Origin: Aplysia californica
Lineage: Eukaryota
DNA length: 64,000 nucleotides
Reading direction: 5' to 3'
Assembly: GCF_000002075.1 (NCBI RefSeq)
Contig: NW_004797759.1
Coordinates: 287,037 to 351,036 of the forward strand
A program made the position numbers and the translations under genes. This document shows positions 13,101 to 26,500 of this stretch, piece by piece. The notes beneath the pieces are model-generated. The model ran no database searches and was not told the origin of the DNA. It worked only from the letters and a program-made list of their open reading frames with translations. Position 1 is the first letter of the stretch. Every line of letters starts with the position of its first letter.

Positions 13101-15982
13101 NNNNNNNNNNNNNNNNNNNNNNNNNNNNNNNNNNNNNNNNNNNNNNNNNNNNNNNNNNNNNNNNNNNNNNNNNNNNNNNNNNNNNNNNNNNNNNNNNNNN
13201 NNNNNNNNNNNNNNNNNNNNNNNNNNNNNNNNNNNNNNNNNNNNNNNNNNNNNNNNNNNNNNNNNNNNNNNNNNNNNNNNNNNNNNNNNNNNNNNNNNNN
13301 NNNNNNNAGGGGGGGGGTTAAGAAGTCTGTTTATGGGTGAGTTAACATTCAGTTTTAGTTTGATTTTTACGCACTTGAAATGCAAATAGGTCATAAGGGT
13401 TGAAGATAAGAGGTGTTACTAAAGAGTAAATTACAAGGAAAAGAAGGAGGAGACGTAAAGACGATAGATGTTTGATAGGAAAAAGGAGCAAATCTCAATA
13501 GTGCACCCACCAAGCTCCTACAAGTTAATATTCAGCTATAGAAAAGAAAAAAAGACAGTCTAGAGTTTTTGCTTTCTTCCTGTATCCATTTTCTTTCTTT
13601 CTTTCTAGGCTTGTTCCGTCCATTGCAGGATGTAGCCCTCCAACATTTACCTCCACTCTGTTTTATCAGCTTTTTTCCTTGTCCAGGTTGCTCTTTGATG
13701 ATGTTGTCCAGCCATCTTCTTTTTGGTCTACCTCGAGATCTTTTTCCTTTTCTTGGTCTCTATTCCGGAAATTTTTTTGTTTATCTGTTGTTAACCTTCA
13801 TTCTGCCGATGTGACCAGCATATTTTTTCCATTGTTCACAGATCATCATAGAGGCCAAGACTGGTAAAGGAAATAAAGGAGATATTGCACTGGATGATCT
13901 AGAAGTGGTGTCACTCACGTGTTCAAGTAAGGAATATAAGAAACCCCCCCCCCCTTTTTTTTTCAAGAGGTTAATTAATGTTGCTAGCCTTCCTATTGTG
14001 TTGCCCTCCTCTTTAATAACCTAATAGTTTTGAAAAAGGCGTTAAACCCATATCATTTCACCATTTCACCTATTGTGTTGTATAAAAGTATTGGTATGGT
14101 CGTTAATCTTTTTTGTTTTATGAGATTGCTTTTTGTATGACTGAACATAATGAGTTGCCCTGAACACTCATGTCTTAGAGCAGTTTTATCAATTCTAAAA
14201 GTATTAGATGCCAATATTTGTGTTTCGTGCGCTCATATGACCTTACGCAGTTGCGAGTGCCGTAAAACCCCATACAAAATAAAAAAAAGATGCCAATGTT
14301 TGTGCAGCATGGGTCTATTTTGTAAGATTTCCCTTGATAAATGTGCTTAATAAATGGTTAATAAAACCAATGGGTGCTGGAAAATGTTTGTTGTAATGAG
14401 TACATAGGAAAGAATAAATGATTTGCTTTAGACTGCATTGTATTGCTAGTAATCTTTTATCTTCCAGCTTTTTTTTTATGTGAAAAGCAAACTGACAGTT
14501 ATTTGAATGTGCTCTTTAAAACTTAAAACTAATTTAGTTAGAGTTTTACGGCGCTCACAGCTTCATAGGTCATATGAGCGTGCATGTTATTCTTCAAACA
14601 TTGCGCTACAAGTGAATAAACTGTACACCTTTTTTTTGTCTGAAGTTTCCCCATCTTCTGCTGGACCCAACTCACAAAAATCGACCACCTTAACTACAGC
14701 TTCAACAGCTAGCACTGGACCACCATCAAACCCAAGTAAGTCTACCACTGATGATTTAACTCCTTGAGCTCTCTACTCCCCCCCCCAACCCCCCCTNNNN
14801 NNNNNNNNNNNNNNNNNNNNNNNNNNNNNNNNNNNNNNNNNNNNNNNNNNNNNNNNNNNNNNNNNNNNNNNNNNNNNNNNNNNNNNNNNNNNNNNNCCCC
14901 CTCCCCCAACCCCCACCTCATCTTAGTTTCAGTTCTAAATTAGCAAGCCTTCTGTAGAACACTTAGAACAATTGGCTGAAGAGTGTCACTGGTTGGTTCG
15001 ACTTTTGTTCTTTCCCTCTATTGCTCCTGTCTGTTTCACTTTTTTTCTAATCACTTAATGACTGTTGTTGTTATTATGTCGGAGTATTTCTCATTACTCA
15101 AACATACAGAGAGGGGCTTAAAGACTTTGTGAAATTGATTTTTAGTCAGGTGTAGTTGGGAATGGTGTCTGTTTGTTTAACTTTTCCCCAGCTTTAAATG
15201 ACCATTGTTGCGCATCACGATGTGCTCCTCTTTACTCAAACAAACAGGCAGAACTTTTCAGTATAATTTGCTCTTTTTTTGACACAGATACTGTCACCTG
15301 TAACTTTGACGGGGGGCTCTGTGGTTGGACACAGCTCACAACTGATAATAAGGACTGGATTCGACACCAGGGTACAACTAATAGTTATGGAACCGGTCCT
15401 TCAAGTGATCACACAGGCAGAAGTAAGGAAAATAATATGTGTTTTGATGTTATGTATTCTTGATATTTGATCTAAGTTAGACGAGCACAAGACGATAGTA
15501 AACATTCAGCCATATTGATTTCATAGGGAAGGGAAGTGTTTATTTTCGTATCAAACATCTTCACAATATTCGAGTATAAGTATCAAATATCATGACAATA
15601 TGTTTACTATATAAACTTTCTATTCATTAAAAAACCCTATCCGTACGCCCTGGGGTCATTCTTCCCATTTTAGAATACTTCTAGTACGAAGATCTCTTTG
15701 AAACTTTCAGTATTAATTTTCTCAAAAAATCATTTTGACAGACTGCTATGCAAAGCCTTCGGATCGGATTAAGGAGTAAATTTCCTCTTTGGAAAGTGGT
15801 GGCTCAGAGTTCCTCACATCGTATGGATACGATAGTAAAACACAATGTACGGATAGGGTTAAACAAGAAGTATGAGGAGAAACCTCTTAACTTGCAATTT
15901 CGAGGGTTAAATGGAAGCCCATGATGTGCGCCTATTCTGTCTGCTTATGATTATCTTTTGGAGTCATCTCTTTCTTGTCATC

Positions 15983-16057
<75 letters not shown>

Positions 16058-16267
16058 NNNNNNNNNNNNNNNNNNNNNNNNNNNNNNNNNNNNNNNNNNN
16101 NNNNNNNNNNNNNNNNNNNNNNNNNNNNNNNNNNNNNNNNNNNNNNNNNNNNNNNNNCACCCCCCACCCCCCACCCCCGGGCCTATGTTGTGGCCGTCCC
16201 GTCTGGTAAGGGAACAAATCTAATTCATGGATGATCATAATCACATTCTGTTTGTTGCACCAATTCT

Positions 16268-16349
<82 letters not shown>

Positions 16350-16463
16350 GGATGAGTATTCATGGTGGAATACCTAATGTGCATAATATGCAAAACATAC
16401 TAAGCCTCTAAAAAGGGAAAAATAGATGAAAGGAGGAATTACATTTTATCTTCATCACCGATT

Positions 16464-16519
<56 letters not shown>

Positions 16520-19500
16520 TGTTAGTAGCAGGGAATAAAAAAGGGGTTGACACTTTGTAGTTTTTTCAGATTTAATACAGGTTCAACGTTTCGCCCTGTA
16601 AAGGGCTTCATCAAGAACACGATACAAAAAATAATGTAGGCTAAGATGTAATGACTACAAGCTATAGCAACAAAAGCGCGCGCATCATCATCATCATCAT
16701 CATTGTTGTAAGTACGATAAGAACACCCCCCCCCCCCACACCAAAAGTTGATTAACTTTTGAATATTTGAAGTTTTATGACATTTTGAAATATATTCAAT
16801 GTCTTGCCCTTATGGGTTTCTTCAGGAACAGGTTAAAAAACAGTAACAACACTATGGAAACAAACTATATGTTCTCTCGTAGCATGATGAGCAATGGTGC
16901 GTGTGACAAAAATATAGCAGAAAGACCCCCCCCCAAAAAAAAGAAGAAAAGCTATAGTTAGTTATAGTATCAATATAATATTATGTACATGTAACATCAT
17001 ATCATTATAATAATAAGAATTATCATTATTGTAAGAATAATTAGTAGTAGAAGTATTAGCAGCAACAGCAGCAGTTGTAGTAGCAGTAGCAGTAGTAGTT
17101 GTAGTTGAAGTAGAAGTACCATCATCACCATCACCATCACCATCACCATCACCATCACCGTATCACCATCATCATCATCATCATTCTCAACAACATCAAG
17201 GATTTTCATGCCTTTTTATATTTGGCTATAGAGTTCTGAGCCTTTCTGAACTGTTGATCTTTTTTACAAATTATAAATGAACAGTTTTGGTGAGGTAATA
17301 AGGAGTTATGGCATATTTTTTTGTTTTGATTTATTCCAATATAACAAAACATTTCTAAAGATCATTCGTAGCCAGTTGGCTGTAATTGATATCAGCTTTT
17401 TTTCAGATCAGTGCTTACAAATATGTGTCGCACTGTGGTGGAATCTGGTGCTCGTCAAAATAATGAAATCAGAGAAACCGACATTTTTGTGCTTGGCTGA
17501 CAAGGTTTATCAAATTATTGTTTTTTTGGTCTAAACACCTTTAATGTCCATTAAAAAACCCATTTCTGTGTGGATTTTACTGAAAAGCATTGATTGAAAA
17601 GCATAACAAATATACATTTCAGTTTCCAAGAACCCTCAAGCTATGGCAGTCATCACCCTTTGGCGACTATTTTTTATAGCTAATTTTACTTCTGAAACCA
17701 GGCCACTCCAACCTTCTTCCGTGGAAAATATCTCTACCTTTGTTCAAGATAGATGGGTGTTTTTTCTTTAAAATCAAGTCATATGAACAAGCTTTAAGTT
17801 GGTATCAATAACTCTACATGTTCAAAAATTGACGAGCGCCTGATTGCACTATGTTGTGTCTCATAAAATACAGTATCTAATTTATAGGAACACCCCCCCC
17901 TCCCCTCCCGATAACACTGCCTTTGTCCTTAGCTATATGGGTGCCCTCTAGTAGCTAAAACAATGTGTTTTTGAGATACTTACCTTTCCTGTTTCCTTTT
18001 GTCATGTGTAAGTAAAAAAGTAAAAATACAAAATGATTTCTTTATTGCGATGGTGATTTGGTTTCGGGGGTATTCATCGTGTCAAATACTATTTTTCAGA
18101 TGGCTATTACCTTTATTTGGAATCATCAACTGGTCAGTTTGGCGATGCAGCAAGGATTGTTAGTGGCACAATTCAACCCCGTGCTTCGGTAGAGGTACAA
18201 ATGTTTTTTGTTTTTCATTTTTTTTTCTATGGGAGAAAGTGAAGTAAACTTTTTTTGTCTTTGAGTTGTTTGATTAATTTCCAAGGATCAGCAAAAGCAT
18301 GAATGTCTTTGATCCTTCATCCTTCTCTTTATGTCAAGAAATGAACTAACCTTCTTTTTGTTTTTTTCTTCAACATAGAAAATATGTTTGTTGAAGTTGT
18401 TGCATGTTGTTATTGTGGCATATTATGAGTTACAAAAAATTCAAGAGAATCAGTCAGGAAATAGTGAATTGTACGAGTTATTCGTGATTTCGAGTATTCT
18501 GTGTTTGTGTTATCTGTGCTTGACTGCAGTTTGATTTTTCTTTCAATGACAAGTGTGATCAGCTGCCACAGTGATTGTTCTCAGGGGCGGTTTGTTAACT
18601 GGACAAGACCGGCGGTGCCGGTCAAATTTTTGTCAACTGGACAGTTGACAAGAGATTTATTGCAGATGATGATTTTCATTCAGTTTTAATTAAATCCAAA
18701 CAAGCATGTATCAACAGTCAAAAAGCGCCTTGCCTATTTGAAGGCGTTCAAATAGACAAGTGATTCACAGCTGTTTTGTCGCGTTTGTTTATCACGCCGG
18801 CTCACAACTGTTACAGTTAAATCGTCTCCTGTCACGTCGCGGAACTTCGTCTGAGGACAAACCGTACACGGCTCGCTCAGCGATGACGTCAGTCCGCTGG
18901 GCAAATCCATCGACAGTCTACAGAAGGAATAGAANNNNNNNNNNNNNNNNNNNNNNNNNNNNNNNNNNNNNNNNNNNNNNNNNNNNNNNNNNNNNNNNNN
19001 NNNNNNNNNNNNNNNNNNNNNNNNNNNNNNNNNNNNNNNNNNNNNNNNNNNNNNNNNNNNNNNNNNNNNNNNNNNNNNNNNNNNNNNNNNNNNNNNNNNN
19101 NNNNNNNNNNNNNNNNNNNNNNNNNNNNNNNNNNNNNNNNNNNNNNNNNNNNNNNNNNNNNNNNNNNNNNNNNNNNNNNNNNNNNNNNNNNNNNNNNNNN
19201 NNNNNNNNNNNNNNNNNNNNNNNNNNNNNNNNNNNNNNNNNNNNNNNNNNNNNNNNNNNNNNNNNNNNNNNNNNNNNNNNNNNNNNNNNNNNNNNNNNNN
19301 NNNNNNNNNNNNNNNNNNNNNNNNNNNNNNNNNNNNNNNNNNNNNNNNNNNNNNNNNNNNNNNNNNNNNNNNNNNNNNNNNNNNNNNNNNNNNNNNNNNN
19401 NNNNNNNNNNNNNNNNNNNNNNNNNNNNNNNNNNNNNNNNNNNNNNNNNNNNNNNNNNNNNNNNNNNNNNNNNNNNNNNNNNNNNNNNNNNNNNNNNNNN

Positions 19501-22500
19501 NNNNNNNNNNNNNNNNNNNNNNNNNNNNNNNNNNNNNNNNNNNNNNNNNNNNNNNNNNNNNNNNNNNNNNNNNNNNNNNNNNNNNNNNNNNNNNNNNNNN
19601 NNNNNNNNNNNNNNNNNNNNNNNNNNNNNNNNNNNNNNNNNNNNNNNNNNNNNNNNNNNNNNNNNNNNNNNNNNNNNNNNNNNNNNNNNNNNNNNNNNNN
19701 NNNNNNNNNNNNNNNNNNNNNNNNNNNNNNNNNNNNNNNNNNNNNNNNNNNNNNNNNNNNNNNNNNNNNNNNNNNNNNNNNNNNNNNNNNNNNNNNNNNN
19801 NNNNNNNNNNNNNNNNNNNNNNNNNNNNNNNNNNNNNNNNNNNNNNNNNNNNNNNNNNNNNNNNTGTGTTGTGAAGGAAGGGGGTGGGGGGAATGAGAAA
19901 GAGTCGATGTGAATGACGGCCGGTCAGTTCTATAAACCACGAACCGCCACTGATTGTTCTTTTGTCAGATTGTGGGTGTATATATATGTATTTGAAAGAA
20001 CTGTTGTTGTCTGTATGGGCTAGTTTGCATGAAATGTGTCCTTGTGTAAGCTGATGTTTTTTTGGGTTTTTTTTATTTGTGAAGCGCCTAGAAGCATTAG
20101 GGAGTGGGTGCTGTACAAGTGAACTTAATTATTATAATCAAGTGCTTCAAAAGTCTAAGTAAAGCTAAACAACAACAGAGTTAAATTGGGATTCATACTT
20201 AATTTTTGTGGCAACTGCTCATCATCATCATTTTTACAGCCTGCGTCATTCACGGATAGAAATTTTAAAGTCACTGCGGCCAAACAAAACCATTTAGAAA
20301 AAGTTACGTCTTAACTTGATGTTTTGTTTGATTACATGTAGATTAACTCCACTTAGGTTGACTAGAGCACAATTATTCCTTTAACTCTTTCACTACAGGG
20401 GGGTTTTCCTCACTGTGACCGGGCCCTATCTGTGACCTACTTTCTGATTCTGACTACTGTCGGACAAATTACAGATTTTAAAGTTCAATTTTAAATTTTA
20501 GCCACATATATCATATAGGGAAATAAAGTGTAAATAATGACCTATGTCCACATGTTGCTAAAAACGATCGTTCTGCAGCCTGAGATTTCAGATTTGATTA
20601 TTACAAAAGCATGTCTGGTTTTGAAGCGGGAAGTGGAGAGCCGTGAAACATGGCGCGCGGTCCAGCGCTAGGGGTAACACGAGTCTTGAAACACGGCTTG
20701 TGGTAGTGAAGGAGTTAATTTAGGCCGCACACAGGTTTTTGGGGGTTCAGTTTGGGTCCAAACAATGTTTTAGGGGTTTTGAGAAACTTCCCCTGAAAAT
20801 GATGGGCTGAATCGAATGGAAGTATTCCCAAAGGTCTATTTCAAAGACATAGCTCCATAAAGTTCATGTCATTGTGAGCCAATACTATGCTTTAAAGCAA
20901 TATTGAGCTGTTTTTGCTCCTTTCCTCAAAATGTTCATTTCTTGGCCTTTAAAGCTAAAAACTCAAAAATGATTCAAGATAAATACATGAAATTTTGAGG
21001 GTAGGTGCACCTTGCAATCCAAATAAAATTATGCTAGCTTTTTCTGATTAAAAGAATATAAATATTTTAAATATTTTTTATTACTTTGCTGTTTTAACTA
21101 TTTTCGTCATTTGCTAATATGCAAGTCTTCAAAAAGTAATAAGATGATAAGTATTTACAATTTCAAGAAAAGCTAATTTCAATTTAATAAGATTTGTATG
21201 CAGATTACAAATATGTTTTTAGTTCACAGATAGTAGGGATAGCTTTTGAGTTTTTAGCTTTTGAAAATAGTCCTTCAGATAAACCGGTTTCACTCTAATT
21301 TGCCACTTCTGTGACTACTTAACTGACAATGATTCTCAAAACTGAATATTTTTAACCCTTTAATGGAATACTTTGAGAAAAGGAGAAAAAACAAGTAAAA
21401 ATAACTTAATTGTAGATTTTGGAGCTAAGAAGTAGAGTGTGGCCTTACCTCCCAGCAGTTTTGCCTGTTTTGGCTTTTCATTTATGTTTAAGGGGTCCTC
21501 ATACCCTCAAGCCTCATGCAATAATCTATATACTCCAGATAGACATATTATTATATTTGGAAAGGGAATTAGAAAGACTTTCAGACCTAGCCTGTAGATT
21601 TCAATTTTGTCAAGCTGTCTTGAAGTGGGACCTTTTTATCTTGTTTCTAAAAAATACAAACAAAAACAGAAATCACACTTTTCCAATAGTCACAAAAAAA
21701 GGGGAAAAAAATTGTTTGAGAATTTAGAGGTTAGGCTAGCAATTATTTCATGTAAAAGTGCATTCAGGTCTGCATATTACATGTCAAAGATACACCATTC
21801 TTTTGGAAAATAAAGAAATGAGAGCCATTTTAGTTCATCCTACAATTCCTAGTTATTGTCCTTGAATCTTAGAAATTTCATATAATATTGACTTTTTGCT
21901 CTCGAGCCCCCTGCAATAACCTATCTGTTCCAGACAGACATTATATCATATACCAATAGAAAGGGAATTAGATGTTTTTTCAGACCTAGGAAATAGATTT
22001 CATATTTGTCAAGCTTTCTTGAGGTGTGATATGTTTTTTGTCTTACTAAAAATAGATGCAAAAACAGAAATCTGACTGCCCCAACAATCACAAAGAAGAA
22101 TTTTTTTTTTCCAATTTAGAGTTTGCATTAATTTGATGAGAAAGTACATTCAATTTTGCTTTTAATGTGTTAAAAAACACTCCATTCTGTTGAAAAATAA
22201 AGAAACGAGGGCCGTTCTTGTGCATTCTACAAATTCTCGGTTATTGCTTTTGAAACTTAGTGGCGTCGGTGGCCTAGTGGTTAGGCTCTCGGACTCGCAA
22301 CCGTAAGGTCGTGGGTTCGAATCCCATCAAGGGCCCGACGTTGTGTCCTTGGGAAAGGCACTTTACACGAATTTTCCTCACTTCACCCAGGTGAGAATGG
22401 GTACCCGGCTATAGACAGCGAAAGATATTGTCAGTTTGTTAGTGTTTGAGCGCTTAATCGGCTGCTCGCACTGTATGCTTCCCGGGAAGCTGAGAATGTT

Positions 22501-23522
22501 TCGGATTGTTCTATGGTCTGCTGGGGTAATAATATAGTGTAAAGCGCATAGAGCCTGCTGTTGAGCGGGGATATGCGCTATACAAATGCTATCTATTATT
22601 ATTATTATTATTTAAACTGGAAATTTCAGAGCGAGAGTTTTATAATAAAACCATTAATTTTAATACCTATTTTATATTTTTTAGTCTATTTGATCATTTT
22701 TATTTGATAAAAATACCTTACAAAATCTTTCTTTAAGAAAGTAAATGTATTTTATAGGCGAAATACCACATCACCAGCCATCGTATATATTTATGCGATA
22801 TAGTACTGCATAAAACGCTGGGAGTTAAAGTACAGCCCCTATAAATCCGTGATACATGCATTTTGTGTTCAGATTTTTGGGTGTGTTTTAGCACTTCATG
22901 GAAATGAAGTTTGCAGGCGTTTAAACAATTTAAAAAACGAAAAAAACTGGCTTTCTTTGTTTGAGTATCTTATCATACTGAGCTGTTACTTTCAGAATAT
23001 TCTGTTGTGTTTTTACACAGCTCTGGCTTATCTACTCTTGTTCTTTTACCAAGGATTTTGCGGATGGTTGGCAAGTGCTCTAGTGTGGTTTGCGTCTTCT
23101 TTCCTATCAAACATCTATCATCCTGTTCTCGTCTCCTTTTTTGTGTTTGTTACTTTCTTGTAACACCTCTAATCTTTGGCACTTTTATGATCTTATTGCA
23201 TTGCAAATGTGGTAATACTCTTACTAACATTAAAACTATGTGGTGTTTTTTTTTCTTTTGCAGTGCTTAACATTTTGGTATCATATGCAAGGAAGTTCTA
23301 TTGGCTCTTTGTCCATATACATATACCATATCACAAGTATTGGTTCTCCCTTGTGGACAAGATCAGGATCTCAGGGCAACGTATGGATTAAGGGTTCTCT
23401 TTCCATCTCACGTCAGTCCTCGTACAGAGTGAGTATAAATGTTCTCTTTGGTTAGTTCAGTAGATTTGGTTAATTTCTCTCTTTGTCTCTTTCCCTCTTT
23501 GTGTGTGTGTATGTGTGTGTGT

Positions 23523-23553
<31 letters not shown>

Positions 23554-26500
23554 NNNNNNNNNNNNNNNNNNNNNNNNNNNNNNNNNNNNNNNNNNNNNNN
23601 NNNNNNNNNNNNNNNNNNNNNNNNNNNNNNNNNNNNNNNNNNNNNNNNNNNNNNNNNNNNNNNNNNNNNNNNNNNNNNNNNNNNNNNNNNNNNNNNNNNN
23701 NNNNNNNNNNNNNNNNNNNNNNNNNNNNNNNNNNNNNNNNNNNNNNNNNNNNNNNNNNNNNNNNNNNNNNNNNNNNNNNNNNNNNNNNNNNNNNNNNNNN
23801 NNNNNNNNNNNNNNNNNNNNNNNNNNNNNNNNNNNNNNNNNNNNNNNNNNNNNNNNNNNNNNNNNNTATATAAAATATAAAATGTGTATATTATATATTT
23901 ATATTTTAAAAAAGATATATGTAGATACCACTTGTCTGCTTTCGTCTCCTATTTCTGCCCCACCCCTCATCTCCTTTGCCCCCTCCTGTGGATTTCAGAC
24001 TCTTTCTGCAGCCTTTCTATTGTTACCCTTTAGCTCCTTCTTACTGCTGTCTTTCAGCCACACCCCTAATCTTATGGTAGGTAAGATCTACATCTAACCT
24101 TCTCGAATAAGGGCGAAAAATCTCGGAGGTTTCGTGTGCAAGTTGCACACGTTAATGATCCCTTGGTGGTCCAAGATCAATGAGAGTAGGCTTCGGCCAC
24201 CACTCAGGCAAAAATCAAAATTTCCTACCAACTGAAAATGTTAAATGTGTCCCATGCGCTCATATGACCTTACGCAATTGTGAATGCCATAAAACACTCA
24301 CCAAACCACCACCCCCCCAAAAACCCCCCAAAAAACCCACTCACTGTTGAGGAGAAAAGTGGCCGTCTTAGACAAGTGGATGTCTCATACACTGTCTTTC
24401 ATAATAATATTTTTTAAAAAGCAAGGGAGAAAATGGGAAGTGGTCGCTTCCACAGGCTACTTGACTCATAATCGTGAGGTAACGGGTTTGGGGCTTTGAG
24501 TCTCAACTTGGCTAGACATTGTGAGCTTGGTTTACACAAATAACCATCTATGCCCAGCCTCTGACTGGTGTTAGGATAAACATGTGGTAAGTTCTACTTA
24601 AAATGTTTTATCTCATTTCAAACTGACGAGTTGCTTTTTACTTTTTTCAGCTTGTAATTGAAGCGAAGAAAGGTACTAGCTACACTGGAGACATTGCCAT
24701 TGACGATATCATGCTGGTGGATGGCTATTGTGCTGGTAAGTGAACTGTGTCCTGCTTTGGCATGCTTTGTGAGGGACATTATTGTGTTGCAAGAAAACTT
24801 GAGCTTTACAGGCATTTTATTTCTTCTTTTTGAAACATTATACCAAGCTGAATTCAGGAATGACCTTATGCAGTTGCGAGTGCCATAAAACTTTTACTTT
24901 ACTAAACTGAAATCAGAAGAGCAAGACCAATGACTCTGAATTAGTAAGTATCATCAATGGTATCGGTAGTCTTGTGGTTAGAATACTGGACTGTAATTGT
25001 GAGGTGAGGGTTTAGGGGTTCGAGCCTAAAATCAGCCCTACATTGTGTCCTTGGGAAAGACACTTTACACAAAGTTTCCTTGCTTCACCAAGGTGTGAAT
25101 GGGTACCCAGCTGTAGACAGTGAAAGGTCTTGTTAGTATTTTAGTGTTTTAGTGCCTATAGAATAGCAGCTTACACTGTATACATCCAGGAAGTTGAGAT
25201 TGCTTCAGAATGCTATCAGGTCTCCTGGGGTAATAATACAGTTTCCAAAGTGCACAGAGCTTGCTGTTGAGCGGGAATTTGCACTGTACTAATGTTATTT
25301 TCATTGATTATTATTATGTATCTAAAGAGATACCTCTTTAGGGTTATTCTGAATGGAATGCTTGATAGAGAATGCACAGCTTTATTGATGTTATAAGGGT
25401 TCGGTATTTGTTTCAGCGCAAGACGATTTTTTTTTCAAAGAGGCAAATCCCCTGATTTGATATTTTTTTTCTGAAGGACTATGCCACTTTAGTGAGGAGC
25501 CATAAAATCTTTTCTATTACATCTCTCACAACACGCCCATCTTTGTGTGATTTAACACTTTGCGGTCACTTGAAGATTATCCATTCAGGTCACCTGAGGC
25601 AGTTCTGTGCCAGGCCCGAGAAGTCTGTGGCTGGGTGACCAGATGGGGTATTTTGTACTGGTTGTTGTGTGACTGCAAAGTGTTAAATAATTTATACTGT
25701 TTTCTTTTTTACCAAAATTTTAGGCTGATTGATCATAAATTTGATCATGTTTGTACCTTGCATAACAACAGCTGCAGGCATTTTGTTGGGACATTGTATA
25801 ATTTTCATACTGGTTTGTTTTTGTAGATGCCACATCGACGGCCAGTGGTGTTACTAGCTTGCCTTCCCCGGGATCTGTGATAAACTCCTGTGACTTTGAG
25901 GATGGTTCCAAAATGTGTAACTACACAAATGATGCAGCAAATACACAACAGTACTCTTGGCGATTGACTTCCCACACTTCTGGTAGTTATGCTACCGGAC
26001 CTAATAACGACCATACTTATGGGACAATCATGGGTAAGAATTTTTTTTATTTAGAATTTTAGAATGTATAAAGTGCGCAGAGCTAGGAAGACTTTTGTTT
26101 TGATTTTACTGTAAGAAGACATTTGATAAAGGACGGACAATTTTGTGTCTTGTTTACTTGAGTTACAGGAAAGTATGTGCTCTTAAGATGATTGTTTAGT
26201 GCTTGGAATAACCAAAAGTAAATCTGACCCCACTCCCCCCCCCAAAAAAAACCCCAAACTAAAAACAAACTATGCAGAAGAAATACTTCCAAAGTAAGTA
26301 TCAGTATCAGTGACTGCTGTAAGTAAAGCTTTTTTATCACCTTTCCTGTGAGCCTACATTTACCTGGTAGACGTTTGCCATCAAAATAAATATGGGCCTT
26401 ACTGTCTGTGCTTTATGCTCCTTCGGCACATGTCAGGTAATTTAGGAGATTTGCTGCTAAACCCTACTTATCGGGGCCAACAAGGTCTTAATGGGGCACA

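Noticed and set aside
22260-22335. tRNA gene (also 9239, 26870, 46645-46717, 63382)
   Set aside because: A and B boxes are present but acceptor and anticodon stems are imperfect, and each runs straight into a repeated SINE body.
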